Position numbers and translations under genes: made by a program. Below, piece by piece: positions 63,215 through 64,000 of a stretch of DNA of 64,000 bases (its first letter is position 1; every line of letters begins with the position of its first letter). Under the pieces are notes generated by a model. It saw only the letters and a program-made list of their open reading frames with translations, ran no database searches and was not told the DNA's origin. This DNA is from Eledone cirrhosa (Eukaryota), in assembly GCA_964016885.1 (NCBI GenBank), contig OZ024741.1:362886001-362950000 (forward strand), in the 5' to 3' direction.

Positions 63215-64000
63215 CCGCTAAAGGGTTCTCTCTAAAAATGAAAGGCAGGCTGTATGATGCTTGCATATGAACAGCAATGTTACATGGCAGTGGGACCTGG
63301 ACATTGTGTGCAGAGGATATGCGCAGACTGGAGAGAAACGAAGCTTGCATGCTCCGCTGGATGTGTAATAGTAATATACGTGAACGGCAAAGCATAAATG
63401 AACTAAGGGAGAAATTAGGAATAAGAGGGATCAGATGTTGTTTACTCGAGAGAAGACTACGTTGGTATGGTCACGTGATGCGCATGAAAGACGACAGCTG
63501 TATAAAAAAGTGCAGGGCGATAAAAATAGATGGTAGCCACGGAGTAGGCAGACCCAGAAAAACCTGTGACGCCTTGATAAATTCCGACCTCACACACTTA
63601 CACCTCTCCAAGACAATGTCACTGGACCGAGATCTTTGGCGCTACACAGTAATACAGAAGACCCGCCTTGCCTAAGTACAAAGCGAAACCTACAGTCAGT
63701 AGGCACCTCTAACAAAATACCCCCCACACACACACACACACACTACCCCCCACCCCATCCACACCACCCCCTTAAATGTGAAGTTATGTTGGTACCACAA
63801 CATCCAGTCCGAAACAAATGAGGTCGTGTAGGTGTCACGACAAAAAAACACAGTCCACGCTGTAATGTGGTCGTGTAGGTAACACGGTAAAAACCTCCCA
63901 GTCCACACTGTAAACATGGTTGGTGTTAGGAAGGGCATCCAGCCGTAGAAAACCCGCCAGACAGTCCTATACGAGCAGGACAACCCATGCAAGCGTGGAA
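63213..64000 (+). mobile_element. RTE LINE 3' fragment with 3' UTR
   Basis: ORF 63277..63675 RLERNEACMLRW...RLRWYGHV; starts after (TA)n. Confidence 0.9.

Noticed and set aside
63770-63925. CRISPR-like array of spaced hairpin repeats
   Set aside because: Eukaryotic context, whole units repeat with no unique spacers, no cas genes; part of RTE 3' UTR.

Overview
AT-rich, microsatellite- and transposon-dense animal genomic DNA; the repeat landscape looks like a coleoid cephalopod such as Octopus (inference, not verified). Two convergent multi-exon genes are present. On + are the last 19 coding exons of an N-end-rule E3 ligase UBR1/UBR2 co-orthologue (306..32980), joined in phase and needing one GC-AG intron. 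On - are at least 9 small exons of an unrecognised coiled-coil protein gene (62618 down to a stop at 36296), mostly invisible in the ORF track. The introns carry CR1-clade LINEs of two subfamilies (one near full length), RTE LINEs, tRNA-derived SINEs, a long-TIR mariner derivative, a maT/Tc1-like relic, and TTAA and hAT MITEs. The two most notable observations: (1) two large palindromes in (TA)n tracts look like fold-back Penelope-like retroelement ends carrying minimal hammerhead ribozyme motifs, one with a non-canonical GUAA core; (2) the CR1 ORF1/ORF2 junction has a conserved G_GGA_AAC slippery site, an AUG-less -1 frame ORF2 and a covarying downstream helix, suggesting -1 ribosomal frameshifting in a LINE. 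All coordinates were read by hand.
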